A stretch of DNA of 64,000 bases from a bacterium (GCA_963675295.2 CAXXKJ010000002.1:1696001-1760000); one strand, 5' to 3'; numbered from the stretch's first letter, positions 1 to 9,148 are shown. Numbers and translations are program-made. The notes: a model not told the origin generated them from the letters alone.

Positions 1-430
1 ACCCGCCAAGCATGAACGAAAGCATCATGCCGTTGCTACATACCAGCCGAACGGCGTTGAATTCCAACCCGAAGGTTGTACTACCGTCGTAGGAATTGAC
101 CGCATCCAGCGTACACGCGACAACATCACCCACCTTGACTTCACCCGTGGTCTGTGTCAGCAGATACCGCTGCCGAAGCTTCTTCCCATTCCACAACGTC
201 TGATGTTCTTCGACGGGCATTCCCGTTCGGTTCAACAGGTCTTCTGCGACTTGCACAACCTCGCTGTTTTTCACGAGCTTGTACTCGGGGGAAACAACAC
301 CCACTTCCGTGGCATCAGCATTGGGATTCAACACTACAGCCAAACGGCTGCTGTGATCCCCGTTCGCCCTGCGAAGTGGTTGTAGTTCGACTGGTGCAAA
401 CGGTGATAGCACCGTCTTCGAATCGGTCAT
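1..430 (-). CDS. DUF932-family phage/plasmid protein (runs off the window start)
   Basis: Not in the ORF track; translated by hand from ATG at 430 (RBS AGGAGG at 435-440): MTDSKTVLSPF...VGVVSPEYKLVKN...NSYDGSTTFGLEFNAVRLVCSNGMM. The NSxDGS...RLVCxNG signature is typical of DUF932. Confidence 0.8.
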   Translation of the reverse strand, partial: MTDSKTVLSPFAPVELQPLRRANGDHSSRLAVVLNPNADATEVGVVSPEYKLVKNSEVVQVAEDLLNRTGMPVEEHQTLWNGKKLRQRYLLTQTTGEVKVGDVVACTLDAVNSYDGSTTFGLEFNAVRLVCSNGMMLSFMLGG

Positions 431-484
431 ACGTCCTCCTGGTTGCTTTGTTCGGGTTCACGTTCTTATGCCGGAAAACTGAAG

Positions 485-1201
485 ATGAAGCACTACCACT
501 ACATCGACGCGCCGGAAGCGCCACACCGAAGTGTGATCGAAATGGATCCGTTGAACATGCCGGGGATGCCGTATGGCGCCATCGAATGGATGTATGATCC
601 GAAATCCACCGAAGCTGATTTCGTATCAAACCGGCTTGAGGAAATTCAACCGTTCGTGCGGAATGGAATCTTGGTCATCCAGGGTGTGTTTGAAGCGGGG
701 ACCGTTATCTCGATCGCGCTTCGAGCGGATCACGTACTACAAGACATTTCGTTGTCCGAGATGAACGAGTTAGACGAACTGGTTGTCGAGACGATACAAC
801 CTGTTTCTAAAGAAATAATCACTGGAATGCTGTATTGGATCGTCGTCGGTCAGACAGGGATCTTCAAATTGAAGGCCAAGGTTGCGCAGGACAAGGATGG
901 TAAGATTAAGAAACTGCGGACCAACCTGAAAGATATTCCGTTGCGCGAGTATTTGGCTCGGAAGGCTCGGGCAAGAACAGGTGAGTTTACCGAAGCCAAA
1001 CACGACGAATATCCGCCGGTCATGGACACGAAAACCGCCGCTAATTATCTTCGGCGGTCAACGTCCTGGCTATATGGGAAAGCGCAAGATGGTGTGATTC
1101 CTCGGACCCCAGACAAACGGTTCCGTCGCGAAGATCTGGATGCCTATTCACGGCATCAGGAGGAACGTCAACTGAAGAGGGGTCGGCGACGGCGCAGGTA
1201 A
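485..1201 (+). CDS. Protein with C-terminal HTH_17/excisionase-like DNA-binding domain
   Basis: C-terminus MDTKTAANYLRRSTSWLYGKAQDGVIP...RFRREDLDAY fits the Xis/MerR-like HTH_17 pattern. ATG 485 preferred over TTG 443. The stop codon abuts the att arm repeats. Confidence 0.7.
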   Translation: MKHYHYIDAPEAPHRSVIEMDPLNMPGMPYGAIEWMYDPKSTEADFVSNRLEEIQPFVRNGILVIQGVFEAGTVISIALRADHVLQDISLSEMNELDELVVETIQPVSKEIITGMLYWIVVGQTGIFKLKAKVAQDKDGKIKKLRTNLKDIPLREYLARKARARTGEFTEAKHDEYPPVMDTKTAANYLRRSTSWLYGKAQDGVIPRTPDKRFRREDLDAYSRHQEERQLKRGRRRRR

Positions 1202-1262
1202 ATATGTGCCAGATATGTGCCAAGGGATCTGACACGGGCTGGTAAAATCTGGTAAAATCTGG
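1202..1262 (+). repeat. Island-end arm repeats, copy 1: ATATGTGCCA x2 (11-bp period) and CTGGTAAAAT x2 (10-bp period)
   Basis: Seen directly. TATGTGCCAGATATGTGCCAAGG (1203-1225) is identical at 3569-3591. Confidence 0.85.
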
Positions 1263-1350
1263 AATTCTCAGTAGAAATCAGATTTGTGTATCAAGCGATA
1301 TAGAAAGAAAATACGGCATTTAGATGCGGTTGCGGGAATCCCATAAATCC

Positions 1351-1378
1351 GAATCCCGGCGTCTCCACGTTTAACGCC
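1351..1378 (+). repeat. att core copy 1: GAATCCCGGCGTCTCCACGTTTAACGCC (3' fragment of tmRNA or tRNA-Ala)
   Basis: Identical 28-mer at 3716-3743. GAAT-CCCGG-CGTCTCC-A reads as T-loop end, T-stem 3' strand, acceptor 3' strand (U70, compatible with G3:U70 Ala identity) and discriminator A. Confidence 0.75.
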
Positions 1379-1413
1379 CTAATGCTTGTTAATACAAGTG
1401 TTAGGGCCTTTTT
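1376..1413 (+). terminator. Rho-independent terminator-like hairpin after att core 1
   Basis: GCCCTAATGCTTGT-TAAT-ACAAGTGTTAGGGC followed by CTTTTT. Confidence 0.65.
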
Positions 1414-1659
1414 CGTTTCTATGGTATCGATTCCAGTCAACCTACTCTCGTCACGTGGACCAATATCAGAATCAATGGGGAGCCGACAATTCAGGAAATA
1501 ATTGAGAGATCCGGGAACAGGAGCCAAATCAGACCGATAAGTGGGAACTGGCTAGTTGGGGGGGGGGTAGTTAGGATAAACAAACTTTTCGGGCACCCCT
1601 GGCCGGACTAATGGCGGCCGGATCCGACCACGCAAACTCCTTACAAGGAGAGTAGTACC

Positions 1660-3495
1660 ATGATTACAATTCGACCCTTTGTGACCGCCGCTGTCGTTAT
1701 GACGGCCATGACCGCGCCGAATCTTGCAAGCGCCACCGTCCCGCCACTCACGTGGCAGAACACCTATGGAACGGGTCAGGAACACTCGTTCTATGATTTG
1801 GTTTCAGCCGATACGGACGGTGTGTATGCTGTCGGAAGCCGGTTCAATTCTGGCACAGGTGAGGATGAGGCCTGGCTGGCTCGTGTTGACGCAGACGGCA
1901 ACCTCCTCTGGCAGGAATTCTACGGAGAGCCCAATGATGAGATCGAAGCTTTTGCGGCCGCCCGGGCAGGCGATGACATCGTTCTCGCCGGACGCATCGA
2001 TGGTGACGTTTGGGTAGCTCGTCTCGACAATGCAGGCAACCTCCTCTGGCAGGAGGAATACGGCACCGGAGGTATTGATGTCGCATTTGACGTCGCAGTT
2101 ACTGGCTCAGGTGCTAGCGAGCGACTTTGGCTGGCCGGACGCTGGAACGGAAGCGGTTTGCTCGGTGGTGACGGGATGGTCCTGGAGCTGAACGCGAACG
2201 GCATCCTGCTCAACGCTTATCCATACTCAGGATCCGTTCAAATCAACAGTATCACACCAACCACTGGTGGCGTGCTGCTGGCCGGTGAGGCTGCTCAGGG
2301 AAGCAACCGCCAAGCTTGGACGGCATTGATGGATCCAACCGATGGTAGCCTGGACTGGACCCACACCGATGGTGGTGCTGGTCGTGATGTGGCTATGATG
2401 GCCATTGAGGGGCTGGACGGCGATGTGGTAGTTGTTGGTGAACGTCGCTTCTCAGGTGATCCTCGGGTGTGGCTGTACAAACTGGACGCTTTGAACGGCA
2501 GCCTGATCTGGTCGCGTGACTACGGTACGGCAGAAGGTGACGAATACGGTCGTGCTGTGACTGTTTGGGAAGATGGATATATGGTGCTGGCAGAGGCTGA
2601 TAACTTCCAGACACAAGGTGAGGACGTGTGGCTGGTGGGCACCAACAGCATGGGCAACCAGCTCTGGACCGAAGTCTATGCCAGTTCTCAGCAGCAGAGT
2701 CCTGAAGCCTGGCTTCTCAACGGCGATGGACTTTTCGTTGCCGGTGAACAGGAAGGTGGTGGTCCTGAGCGCGGTTTGCTAATGAAGTTCGCAGCAGACC
2801 AGAACATCAGTGAGCTCTCTGTCGAAGTCATTCCGACGTCGCTGACGGATCTGCCGGCGGCAGGTGGGATGCTTGAATTTACTGTTACCCTTGAGAACAC
2901 GACGCCGAATGCATTCCAGGGTCAGGCATGGTCCATGGTCACGTTGCCCAACGGCAATGAATTCGGCCCGCTGGTCGTCGCGCAACTGACGTTGCCGAAC
3001 GGTATTGTGGTGGCTTCCGGGTTGACGCAAAATGTTCCGGGATTTGCCCCTGATGGCAGCTATACCTTCATGGTGAACCTGGGTGTGTTCAACAGCGGAA
3101 CCGTGCTCGCCACAGACAGCTTCGGATTCACCAAGAGTGGGGTGACCACAGGCGTAAATGATTGGGATGTGAGAGGTTGGGATTCGTTTGACTCTGCAGC
3201 TGGTATCGGTTCGGCTGCTGCGCAGCCGGCAGAGTTCAGTCTGGGTTCAGCGTACCCGAACCCGTTCAACCCGACCACCAGTCTGAACGTCGCTCTACCG
3301 GTTGCATCCGATTTGAGAGTCGTGGTATATAACAGTGTCGGACAGCAGGTTGCTGAACTTGCCAGCGGCATGTACAGCGCTGGTACCCACAACCTGTCGT
3401 TTGACGGCAGCAACCTGGCTAGTGGTCTCTACTTCGTGCGGGCTGTCGTGCCGGGTCAGTTGAACGCCATGCAAAAGGTGATGCTGGTGAAGTAG
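1660..3495 (+). CDS. Secreted beta-propeller-like protein with Ig-like module and T9SS type-A C-terminal domain
   Basis: Signal peptide; repeated W-L-x-x-x-D-x-x-G-N-L-L-W-x-x-x-Y-G units; C-terminal AYPNPFNPTT...LASGLYFV...KVMLVK. Confidence 0.8.
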   Translation: MITIRPFVTAAVVMTAMTAPNLASATVPPLTWQNTYGTGQEHSFYDLVSADTDGVYAVGSRFNSGTGEDEAWLARVDADGNLLWQEFYGEPNDEIEAFAAARAGDDIVLAGRIDGDVWVARLDNAGNLLWQEEYGTGGIDVAFDVAVTGSGASERLWLAGRWNGSGLLGGDGMVLELNANGILLNAYPYSGSVQINSITPTTGGVLLAGEAAQGSNRQAWTALMDPTDGSLDWTHTDGGAGRDVAMMAIEGLDGDVVVVGERRFSGDPRVWLYKLDALNGSLIWSRDYGTAEGDEYGRAVTVWEDGYMVLAEADNFQTQGEDVWLVGTNSMGNQLWTEVYASSQQQSPEAWLLNGDGLFVAGEQEGGGPERGLLMKFAADQNISELSVEVIPTSLTDLPAAGGMLEFTVTLENTTPNAFQGQAWSMVTLPNGNEFGPLVVAQLTLPNGIVVASGLTQNVPGFAPDGSYTFMVNLGVFNSGTVLATDSFGFTKSGVTTGVNDWDVRGWDSFDSAAGIGSAAAQPAEFSLGSAYPNPFNPTTSLNVALPVASDLRVVVYNSVGQQVAELASGMYSAGTHNLSFDGSNLASGLYFVRAVVPGQLNAMQKVMLVK

Positions 3496-3525
3496 TATTC
3501 CGCTGACGTCTAATACTGGATCTAT

Positions 3526-3561
3526 CAACACCCCCGGAATGAAAAATTCTGGGGGATGTTG
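3526..3561 (+). terminator. Hairpin downstream of 1660-3495
   Basis: CAACACCCCCGGAAT-GAAAA-ATTCTGGGGGATGTTG. Confidence 0.5.
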
Positions 3562-3568
3562 TTTCTGG

Positions 3569-3630
3569 TATGTGCCAGATATGTGCCAAGGAACCTGATA
3601 CGTATTGGTAAATCTGATAAAACCTGGAAT
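3569..3630 (+). repeat. Island-end arm repeats, copy 2
   Basis: 23-bp identity to 1203-1225, then diverged TGGTAAATCTGATAAAACCTGGAAT matching 1240-1265. Confidence 0.85.
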
Positions 3631-3715
3631 CATCGATTCTATCAATAAGGCGGAAATGGCAGCTATAGACGGCAATTGCGGGTGTCAATGCCGGTCTGCT
3701 ATCACCCCCAAACCT

Positions 3716-3743
3716 GAATCCCGGCGTCTCCACGTTTAACGCC
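3716..3743 (+). repeat. att core copy 2 (tmRNA/tRNA-Ala 3' fragment)
   Basis: Identical to 1351-1378. Confidence 0.75.
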
Positions 3744-3778
3744 TTAAGCCGTGTTTGCACTTGACTTAAGGCGTTTTC
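3738..3778 (+). terminator. Hairpin after att core 2
   Basis: AACGCCTTAAG...CTTAAGGCGTT followed by TTC. Confidence 0.6.
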
Positions 3779-4082
3779 TCTCTGACCGAGAGATACAGCG
3801 CCCTCAGGTTGCCAAACCTGGGGGCGTTTCTGGTTTCCACATTTCGCGAGTCTTCACACCAGGGCCATGTCTATGAGAGTATTTATCGGACGAACTCCCG
3901 GTATAAATGTTAGAACAGTTGAACTGGCTCCGGGAGGGCCAGAGAATCATTAAAATACAAGACGTTAGCGATCGTCTCTGCGGTCAGACATCCCGACGAT
4001 CGGTGGCGTGTGCGATCCCACTTTGCCAATACTGAAGGGGTACTATGGGTGAATTGATCGAGACCACAGGAGAGGGAAACAG

Positions 4083-6014
4083 ATGAAACTGTTACGGATG
4101 ATGCTGGTTCTGGCCGCCCTGTTCACGCTGAGTTCCGGGAGTCTGGCCGAAGTCGTGATCGGTGGCCAGGTTACCTGGGCGCTGACCGGTGAGCCGATTG
4201 TGAATGCGGAAGTGGCGTTGAATGGAGGCGTGGATGGTACGGCGATGACAAACGCCGGCGGTACCTATCAGTTCACGGGACTGACCGCGGGCGACTACGA
4301 GATTTCTGTGACCAAAGCAAGCTATGTTGTTGTTGTTCTACCGTCCCAGTTCTATGCGGATGGCACGTACTCACGTCACTTCGAGATGGAAAACGAGCAG
4401 CTCGATCTGCCAGCGGTCGGCTATGCGGACCTGGGAATCTATCCGGCACAGGGGGGGATGGTGGTCGGTGACCTCGCGTACTTCACTCAGGATTTTGGTG
4501 GATTGTGTATCCTTGATGTATCCGATCCCTCAACTTCTATGCCCACGGTGGGTAGCATCGTCGTCGGCCCCTCGGCGTATGAGGTCCTGGTGAATGGGAA
4601 CGCCGCGTACGTCGGGACTGCGGGGGGGTGCAGAGTCGTGGACGTCAGCGATCCAGCGAATCCTGCGCTTGGCGTGTCGATACCGTTTGGTGCGGCCGGT
4701 GGGTTTGTCATGGCAGCAAACTACCTGTTTGCCGCCTCCGAAACGAATGGCTTGGTCGTGTTCAACGTGACAGATCCGTTGAATCCGGAACTCATGACCA
4801 CGTTTGCGACGTCGGATGCCGCACTGGACATCGACTTCGCGGGGAACTACGTGTTCATAGCGATCGGCGACGGCGGCCTCGCGGTGATCAATGTCAGCAA
4901 TCCCGGTTCACCCGACCAGGTGGCGGTGTTGGATCTTGGCGGCTATGCGAGTTCGATTGAAATCGCGAGCAACTTCGCGATTGTCACGCTGAGCGACGTA
5001 GGCCTGGCGGCGGTGGATATCAGCAATCCGGCGAATCCGGTGTTGGTGAGCACATTGGCGATAGGCGGCAGCTCCGATCACCTCACGATCTGGGGTTGCT
5101 ATGCGATGGTGGCGAACGCGACCGGGGGTGTCGGTGCGTATTACATCGGCGACCGTAGCAACATGGTCGAGGTCGGCTATTCGCTGCTGGACGGGTCCAC
5201 GAACAACGTTGCCTACGGTGGTGATGTGGTGTACGCATCCATGGCCGGGCAGGTTGTTGCGTTTGACGGGTCCGCGTTCCTCGGCGGATTCATGGAGAAT
5301 GCTGCGGTGTTGACACTGAACGGCACGCAGACCGAGGTCCCGGCTGGTGGCGGCACGGTCATGTACGACGCGACGGTCGAGTCCCGCTGTCACATGTGCC
5401 ACACCCCGCCGTACACGGTGACCAATTGTTATTACAAGACCTATGTCCAGATGCCGGACAACAGCCTCGTCGGTCCGTTGACGAGCCGGCGGTTCACGTT
5501 GGCCGGGTACATGAACACGACGGTGCCGGATCTGACGCTTGATGTTCCGGCGAACGCGCCGAGCGGGACGTACACGTTCCTCGGCGAGGTGTCGAAGCCG
5601 CCGGGTTTTGTGCCGACGGCGACCGGCATCTTCACCTTCACCAAGGCTGGAAACGTGTCGGACGAGGGTTTCACGTTTGATCCGTCCGAGTGGCGAGCCG
5701 GGGACGGTCGCACGGTTGCGTCTGGCGGCGAAGCGGCAGCCGCGCCGTCACGTTTCGCGATGCAGGCCGCGTACCCGAACCCATTCAACCCGGCGACAAG
5801 CGTCGCGGTCACCCTCCCGGAATCGGCGGCGCTGACGGTCAGCGTGTTCAACGTTGCCGGTCAGCAGGTCGCCGAATTGGCGAACGGCCAGTTCACCGCC
5901 GGGCAGCACAACCTGACGTTCGACGCGCAGGGTCTGGCCAGCGGCTTATACTTCATCCACGCGACCGTTCCCGGTCGGCTCGACCAGACGCAGAAGGTGA
6001 TGCTGGTTCGCTGA
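4083..6014 (+). CDS. Secreted LVIVD-repeat protein with carboxypeptidase-regulatory-like N-domain, Ig-like module and T9SS CTD
   Basis: Signal peptide; TNAGGTYQFTGLTAGDYEISV; repeated GL.V.DVS.P.NP units; AYPNPFNPAT...LASGLYF. Confidence 0.8.
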   Translation: MKLLRMMLVLAALFTLSSGSLAEVVIGGQVTWALTGEPIVNAEVALNGGVDGTAMTNAGGTYQFTGLTAGDYEISVTKASYVVVVLPSQFYADGTYSRHFEMENEQLDLPAVGYADLGIYPAQGGMVVGDLAYFTQDFGGLCILDVSDPSTSMPTVGSIVVGPSAYEVLVNGNAAYVGTAGGCRVVDVSDPANPALGVSIPFGAAGGFVMAANYLFAASETNGLVVFNVTDPLNPELMTTFATSDAALDIDFAGNYVFIAIGDGGLAVINVSNPGSPDQVAVLDLGGYASSIEIASNFAIVTLSDVGLAAVDISNPANPVLVSTLAIGGSSDHLTIWGCYAMVANATGGVGAYYIGDRSNMVEVGYSLLDGSTNNVAYGGDVVYASMAGQVVAFDGSAFLGGFMENAAVLTLNGTQTEVPAGGGTVMYDATVESRCHMCHTPPYTVTNCYYKTYVQMPDNSLVGPLTSRRFTLAGYMNTTVPDLTLDVPANAPSGTYTFLGEVSKPPGFVPTATGIFTFTKAGNVSDEGFTFDPSEWRAGDGRTVASGGEAAAAPSRFAMQAAYPNPFNPATSVAVTLPESAALTVSVFNVAGQQVAELANGQFTAGQHNLTFDAQGLASGLYFIHATVPGRLDQTQKVMLVR

Positions 6015-6050
6015 CGATCCTTGCGTAAATGCACCAGACGGGCGATTCTT

Positions 6051-6085
6051 CACCCCCCACCGTGAAATACTGTGGGGGGTGTTTG
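6051..6085. terminator. Hairpin between convergent genes
   Basis: CACCCCCCAC-CGTGAAATACT-GTGGGGGGTG. Confidence 0.55.
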
Positions 6086-6154
6086 TATTGGGTGGAGGTG
6101 GCAGGTTGGCCACATTCTGAACCATGCGATTGCGGAACTGGGCTGCTTCCATGC

Positions 6155-8812
6155 TCACTCGGCAACAGATCCATATTTCACGAACTCAATCGAGTCCGTC
6201 GCGTCAATCACAACTGGATCGCCATGCCCGATGAATGTGTGCAGCCGGTACGATCCCGGCTGGGCTCCGGACGGAATCGGCAAAGCCAGGCCGGAGAAGG
6301 TTCGTGTGCCGGGTGGAAGTGTCACCTGCCGCTGCAGCAACGGCGCGGTGACAGTCCCATCCGGCTTTTCAATGCGGATCCAGGCGGTTCGTGTCAGCGG
6401 CGAGTTGGAGCGATTGATCACGATGCCATCAAAGACGACATCCCCGCCGGACGGGGGAATCGCCGTTGTCACCGGAACCAGTGACAGCGTCAAATCGTCT
6501 GGGAGGAATGGCTCACGGTCGATCACCAGCACGCGGCCCTCGTTCGCGCCGAGCGGCACGCGCAATGATAAGAGCTGATCGCCAGATTGCGTCGTATGCT
6601 GCCCACTTAACACGTCGGTGACGACGTATTGGCTGTCAGGTTCGATCCAGACGGATGCCGGGAGGATGACATCCGGCGCGACGGCCTGTTGACTCAGGTT
6701 CAGGGCGACGACTGCCGCAGGCAAGCCCGGAGCGTGGCGCAGGTAACTGTAGACAGTTTCTCCCGCGCTGTTGGACAGCTGGCGCACGAAATTACTTCGC
6801 AGTGCCGGTAGTCGACGGCGGGCGTCGACGAGGCGCGCGTAGTGATCGAACAGGTTGTGTGGATCGTGCTCCCAGTTGATCGGACCACGCATCAGTGTCG
6901 CGCCGATTTCCTGCCCGGCGTACAGCATCGGGACGCCGGGAATGGTCAGCAGCATCGTCGCTGCGGTACGTGTTTGTTCGGGCGTGTGCTCGCTGATGTA
7001 ACGGGTTTCGTCATGATTCTCGATGAACCTGAACGGGAACGATTCAGCGGGGAAGTAGTCACCCTGGTTGGTGATCCGGCCATGGACCTGGCTGGCGCTG
7101 GACCCATTGAACAGCAGCCGGAAACCGCCCGGATCGAAGTACAGAGGCCAGTCCATCACCGAATCAAAGCGGTCGGTGAGGATGGAAAAGTCCATCACGG
7201 ACGCTTCCCCCTGAAGAAACAGGTCGGGCTTGCGTGTTTTCAGGGCAACGCGCCAGTCCGCCCAGAAGTCTGGACGACGTTCATGCACGCCCCAGGCGAC
7301 ATCCGCGCGGAACCCATCGACATATGCTTCTTCCAGCCACCACTGGCACATCTCGATCATGTAGCGGCGCACATCCGGGTTATCGTAATTCAGGTTCGGC
7401 AGTGAATCCCAGTCGTTGTAGTAGGTATAGTCGCCGTTTTCGTCACGGTCATACCAATCCCAGGTGGGGGAGATGGTGCCTTTCTCCGCCGCATCCATGA
7501 ACCACGGGTGCCAGATGCCGGTGTGGTTGATTGGAATGTCCAGCAGCACACGGATGCCGAGGGCGTGCGCAGCGTCCATCAGCGCCCGGTAGTCGTCCAT
7601 TGTGCCAACGTCCTGCTCGACGGCGTAATAGTCGGCGATCGCGTAGGAGTTCCACGGCGGCGCTTCGAAGATCGGCATGATCCAGAGGCAGTTGACGCCG
7701 AGTGTAACCAGCCGTGGCAGGTCGGCGGTGATCGCGTTCAGCTGCCCGCTCGGATGATGGTAGCGTGGGAAGATCTCGTACACCACCGCGTCCCGAATCC
7801 AACCGGCGGCCTCGTCAAGGTCCACCGGATCGGCGGTGCAGGATTGATCCACTTCGATCAGCAGCTGGGCGTGGGTGATGTTCCCGTCCGGATCGTCCAG
7901 CCGCAGGTGATAGCGGTAGGCGCCCGGTGCGGATGGTGTGGCGCAGGTCGCGTGCGCGGTGTTTGAGCCGGCCAGCGGCGTGGGGGCCGGGTTGGCGGGG
8001 TCAACCGTCCACTGGAACTGCAACGGTTGGTCCTGCGGATCGTAACTCTGCCCGGCGAACAGGTGAACGGTGCTGCCGGAGATGGTCGCCGAACGGATGG
8101 CTACCGGGGCTTGGGGGACGTGCTGAACGACGGTAAGCGTGTCAGACGTGCCGGTGAAGCCGTCGTGTTCGGCGGACAGCACAAACTGGTTGTCGCCAGG
8201 ACGAAGAGTGACCGGCACCGCAAACACACCCTGCTGCGGGTCGAGGGTCACGTTCTGCGATCCATCCGTCCACAGGTGCTGCAGGGTCATGCTATCGACG
8301 GGCGGAATCTGCTCGCACCAGAGGGTAGTCGTGTCCTGCACGGTTTCATGATCCGTGGTCAGCAGCAGCGGGGCGGGTGTGGCGTTTCCGGGCTCAAGGT
8401 GCCAGCCCAACAGGAAATGGTTGTCCCAGTTCCCGGCGTTATCGGTGAACAGGAAGTCGATGGCTGTTGTTGTCGCTAGCGTGGGAAAGGTCACTGTCCA
8501 CAGGCCGTCGCCGTCGGGTTGCATCGGCGAACGCACAGCGGCGTCTCCAGCGGGGACGGTTCCGTCCGGCCACAGAGAGGGCGGCGGTGCCTGCCAGCCG
8601 TTGATTCCCCAGTGCAGCCACACCGGACCCGAGGGTAACGTGCCCCGATCCGCGAGGTCATAGCTGATCGTGATCGAGTCGCCCGGCGTCGGCCACGTTG
8701 GCTCCCAACCAGCCCAATCGGCGTGAGTTGGTTGAACCATGGCAAACAGCAGCACAACAATCAGGAGCAGCGGCGTTCGCCGCGGGATGGTCGTCCGTGT
8801 GGTAATGATCAT
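6155..8812 (-). CDS. Secreted GH13 alpha-amylase family glycosidase with N-terminal starch-binding-like module
   Basis: GH13 motifs DIPINH, DGFRADVA, GEA and FIENHDE; N-terminal VWLHWGINGW...FTDNAGNWDN; signal peptide; ends in the Ig-like module with no CTD. Confidence 0.85.
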   Translation of the reverse strand: MIITTRTTIPRRTPLLLIVVLLFAMVQPTHADWAGWEPTWPTPGDSITISYDLADRGTLPSGPVWLHWGINGWQAPPPSLWPDGTVPAGDAAVRSPMQPDGDGLWTVTFPTLATTTAIDFLFTDNAGNWDNHFLLGWHLEPGNATPAPLLLTTDHETVQDTTTLWCEQIPPVDSMTLQHLWTDGSQNVTLDPQQGVFAVPVTLRPGDNQFVLSAEHDGFTGTSDTLTVVQHVPQAPVAIRSATISGSTVHLFAGQSYDPQDQPLQFQWTVDPANPAPTPLAGSNTAHATCATPSAPGAYRYHLRLDDPDGNITHAQLLIEVDQSCTADPVDLDEAAGWIRDAVVYEIFPRYHHPSGQLNAITADLPRLVTLGVNCLWIMPIFEAPPWNSYAIADYYAVEQDVGTMDDYRALMDAAHALGIRVLLDIPINHTGIWHPWFMDAAEKGTISPTWDWYDRDENGDYTYYNDWDSLPNLNYDNPDVRRYMIEMCQWWLEEAYVDGFRADVAWGVHERRPDFWADWRVALKTRKPDLFLQGEASVMDFSILTDRFDSVMDWPLYFDPGGFRLLFNGSSASQVHGRITNQGDYFPAESFPFRFIENHDETRYISEHTPEQTRTAATMLLTIPGVPMLYAGQEIGATLMRGPINWEHDPHNLFDHYARLVDARRRLPALRSNFVRQLSNSAGETVYSYLRHAPGLPAAVVALNLSQQAVAPDVILPASVWIEPDSQYVVTDVLSGQHTTQSGDQLLSLRVPLGANEGRVLVIDREPFLPDDLTLSLVPVTTAIPPSGGDVVFDGIVINRSNSPLTRTAWIRIEKPDGTVTAPLLQRQVTLPPGTRTFSGLALPIPSGAQPGSYRLHTFIGHGDPVVIDATDSIEFVKYGSVAE

Positions 8813-9148
8813 CAGGTTCCTCGGTTCGCAGCCAGCTGTGCACGTGGTTTCCGGACTCTGGTATCACAATCCTGCGTGATGAAGAAATGATACGGAGGTC
8901 GCGTTCAAGCGGCAAGCGTCCGTGTGACTTCCCGGAAATTGGTTGCCAGGGATTATCTGAGCGAACAGGTTGGAGGTAAGGAGTTTTGCCTCCATTCTCA
9001 GTCGGTTTGCAAGTCTTTTCTTTTCGGAACGCTTGCTCTACCGACTTTGTTTGATTATCGTACAAAGTACACAGAAACGCTACCACGCCATCACCGTCCT
9101 CGTGTGCAATTGGAACCGTGATGACACCATTTAAGCACGGGACGACTT

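Larger units (their letters stand above)
1..1378. mobile_element. Right end of an integrative element inserted at a tmRNA/tRNA-Ala 3' end (left part outside window)
   Basis: DUF932 and Xis-like genes, then arm-type direct repeats and a tRNA-like 3' fragment at 1351-1378. Confidence 0.65.
1379..3743. mobile_element. Integrase-less mini-island/cassette between two att cores
   Basis: Bounded by 28-bp direct repeats. Its own arm repeats lie 147 bp before the core (148 bp in copy 1). One cargo gene. Confidence 0.55.

Noticed and set aside
154-629. ORF-track ORFs 154-597, 203-385 and 315-629
   Set aside because: They overlap the better-supported DUF932 gene and the HTH gene and show no motifs.
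1351-1378. Intact tRNA or tmRNA gene
   Set aside because: Only the 3' T-arm/acceptor fragment is present. The 5' T-stem strand (CCGGGTTC) and the rest of the gene are absent at both copies.
1595-1645. Possible c-di-GMP riboswitch (CCGGACTAATGGCGGCCGG)
   Set aside because: Lacks the upstream GCAAAC/GNRA/GCAAA module in the correct order; just a GC hairpin.
1202-3743. CRISPR array or classical integron attC array
   Set aside because: Only two copies 2.4 kb apart, no regular spacers, no attC RYYYAAC...GTTRRRY structure recognised, and no cas or intI gene.
3526-6085. Similar hairpins after genes 1660 and 4083 as cassette recombination sites
   Set aside because: Similarity is limited to C/G runs and TGAAA; adequately explained as terminators, and no att core follows 6085.
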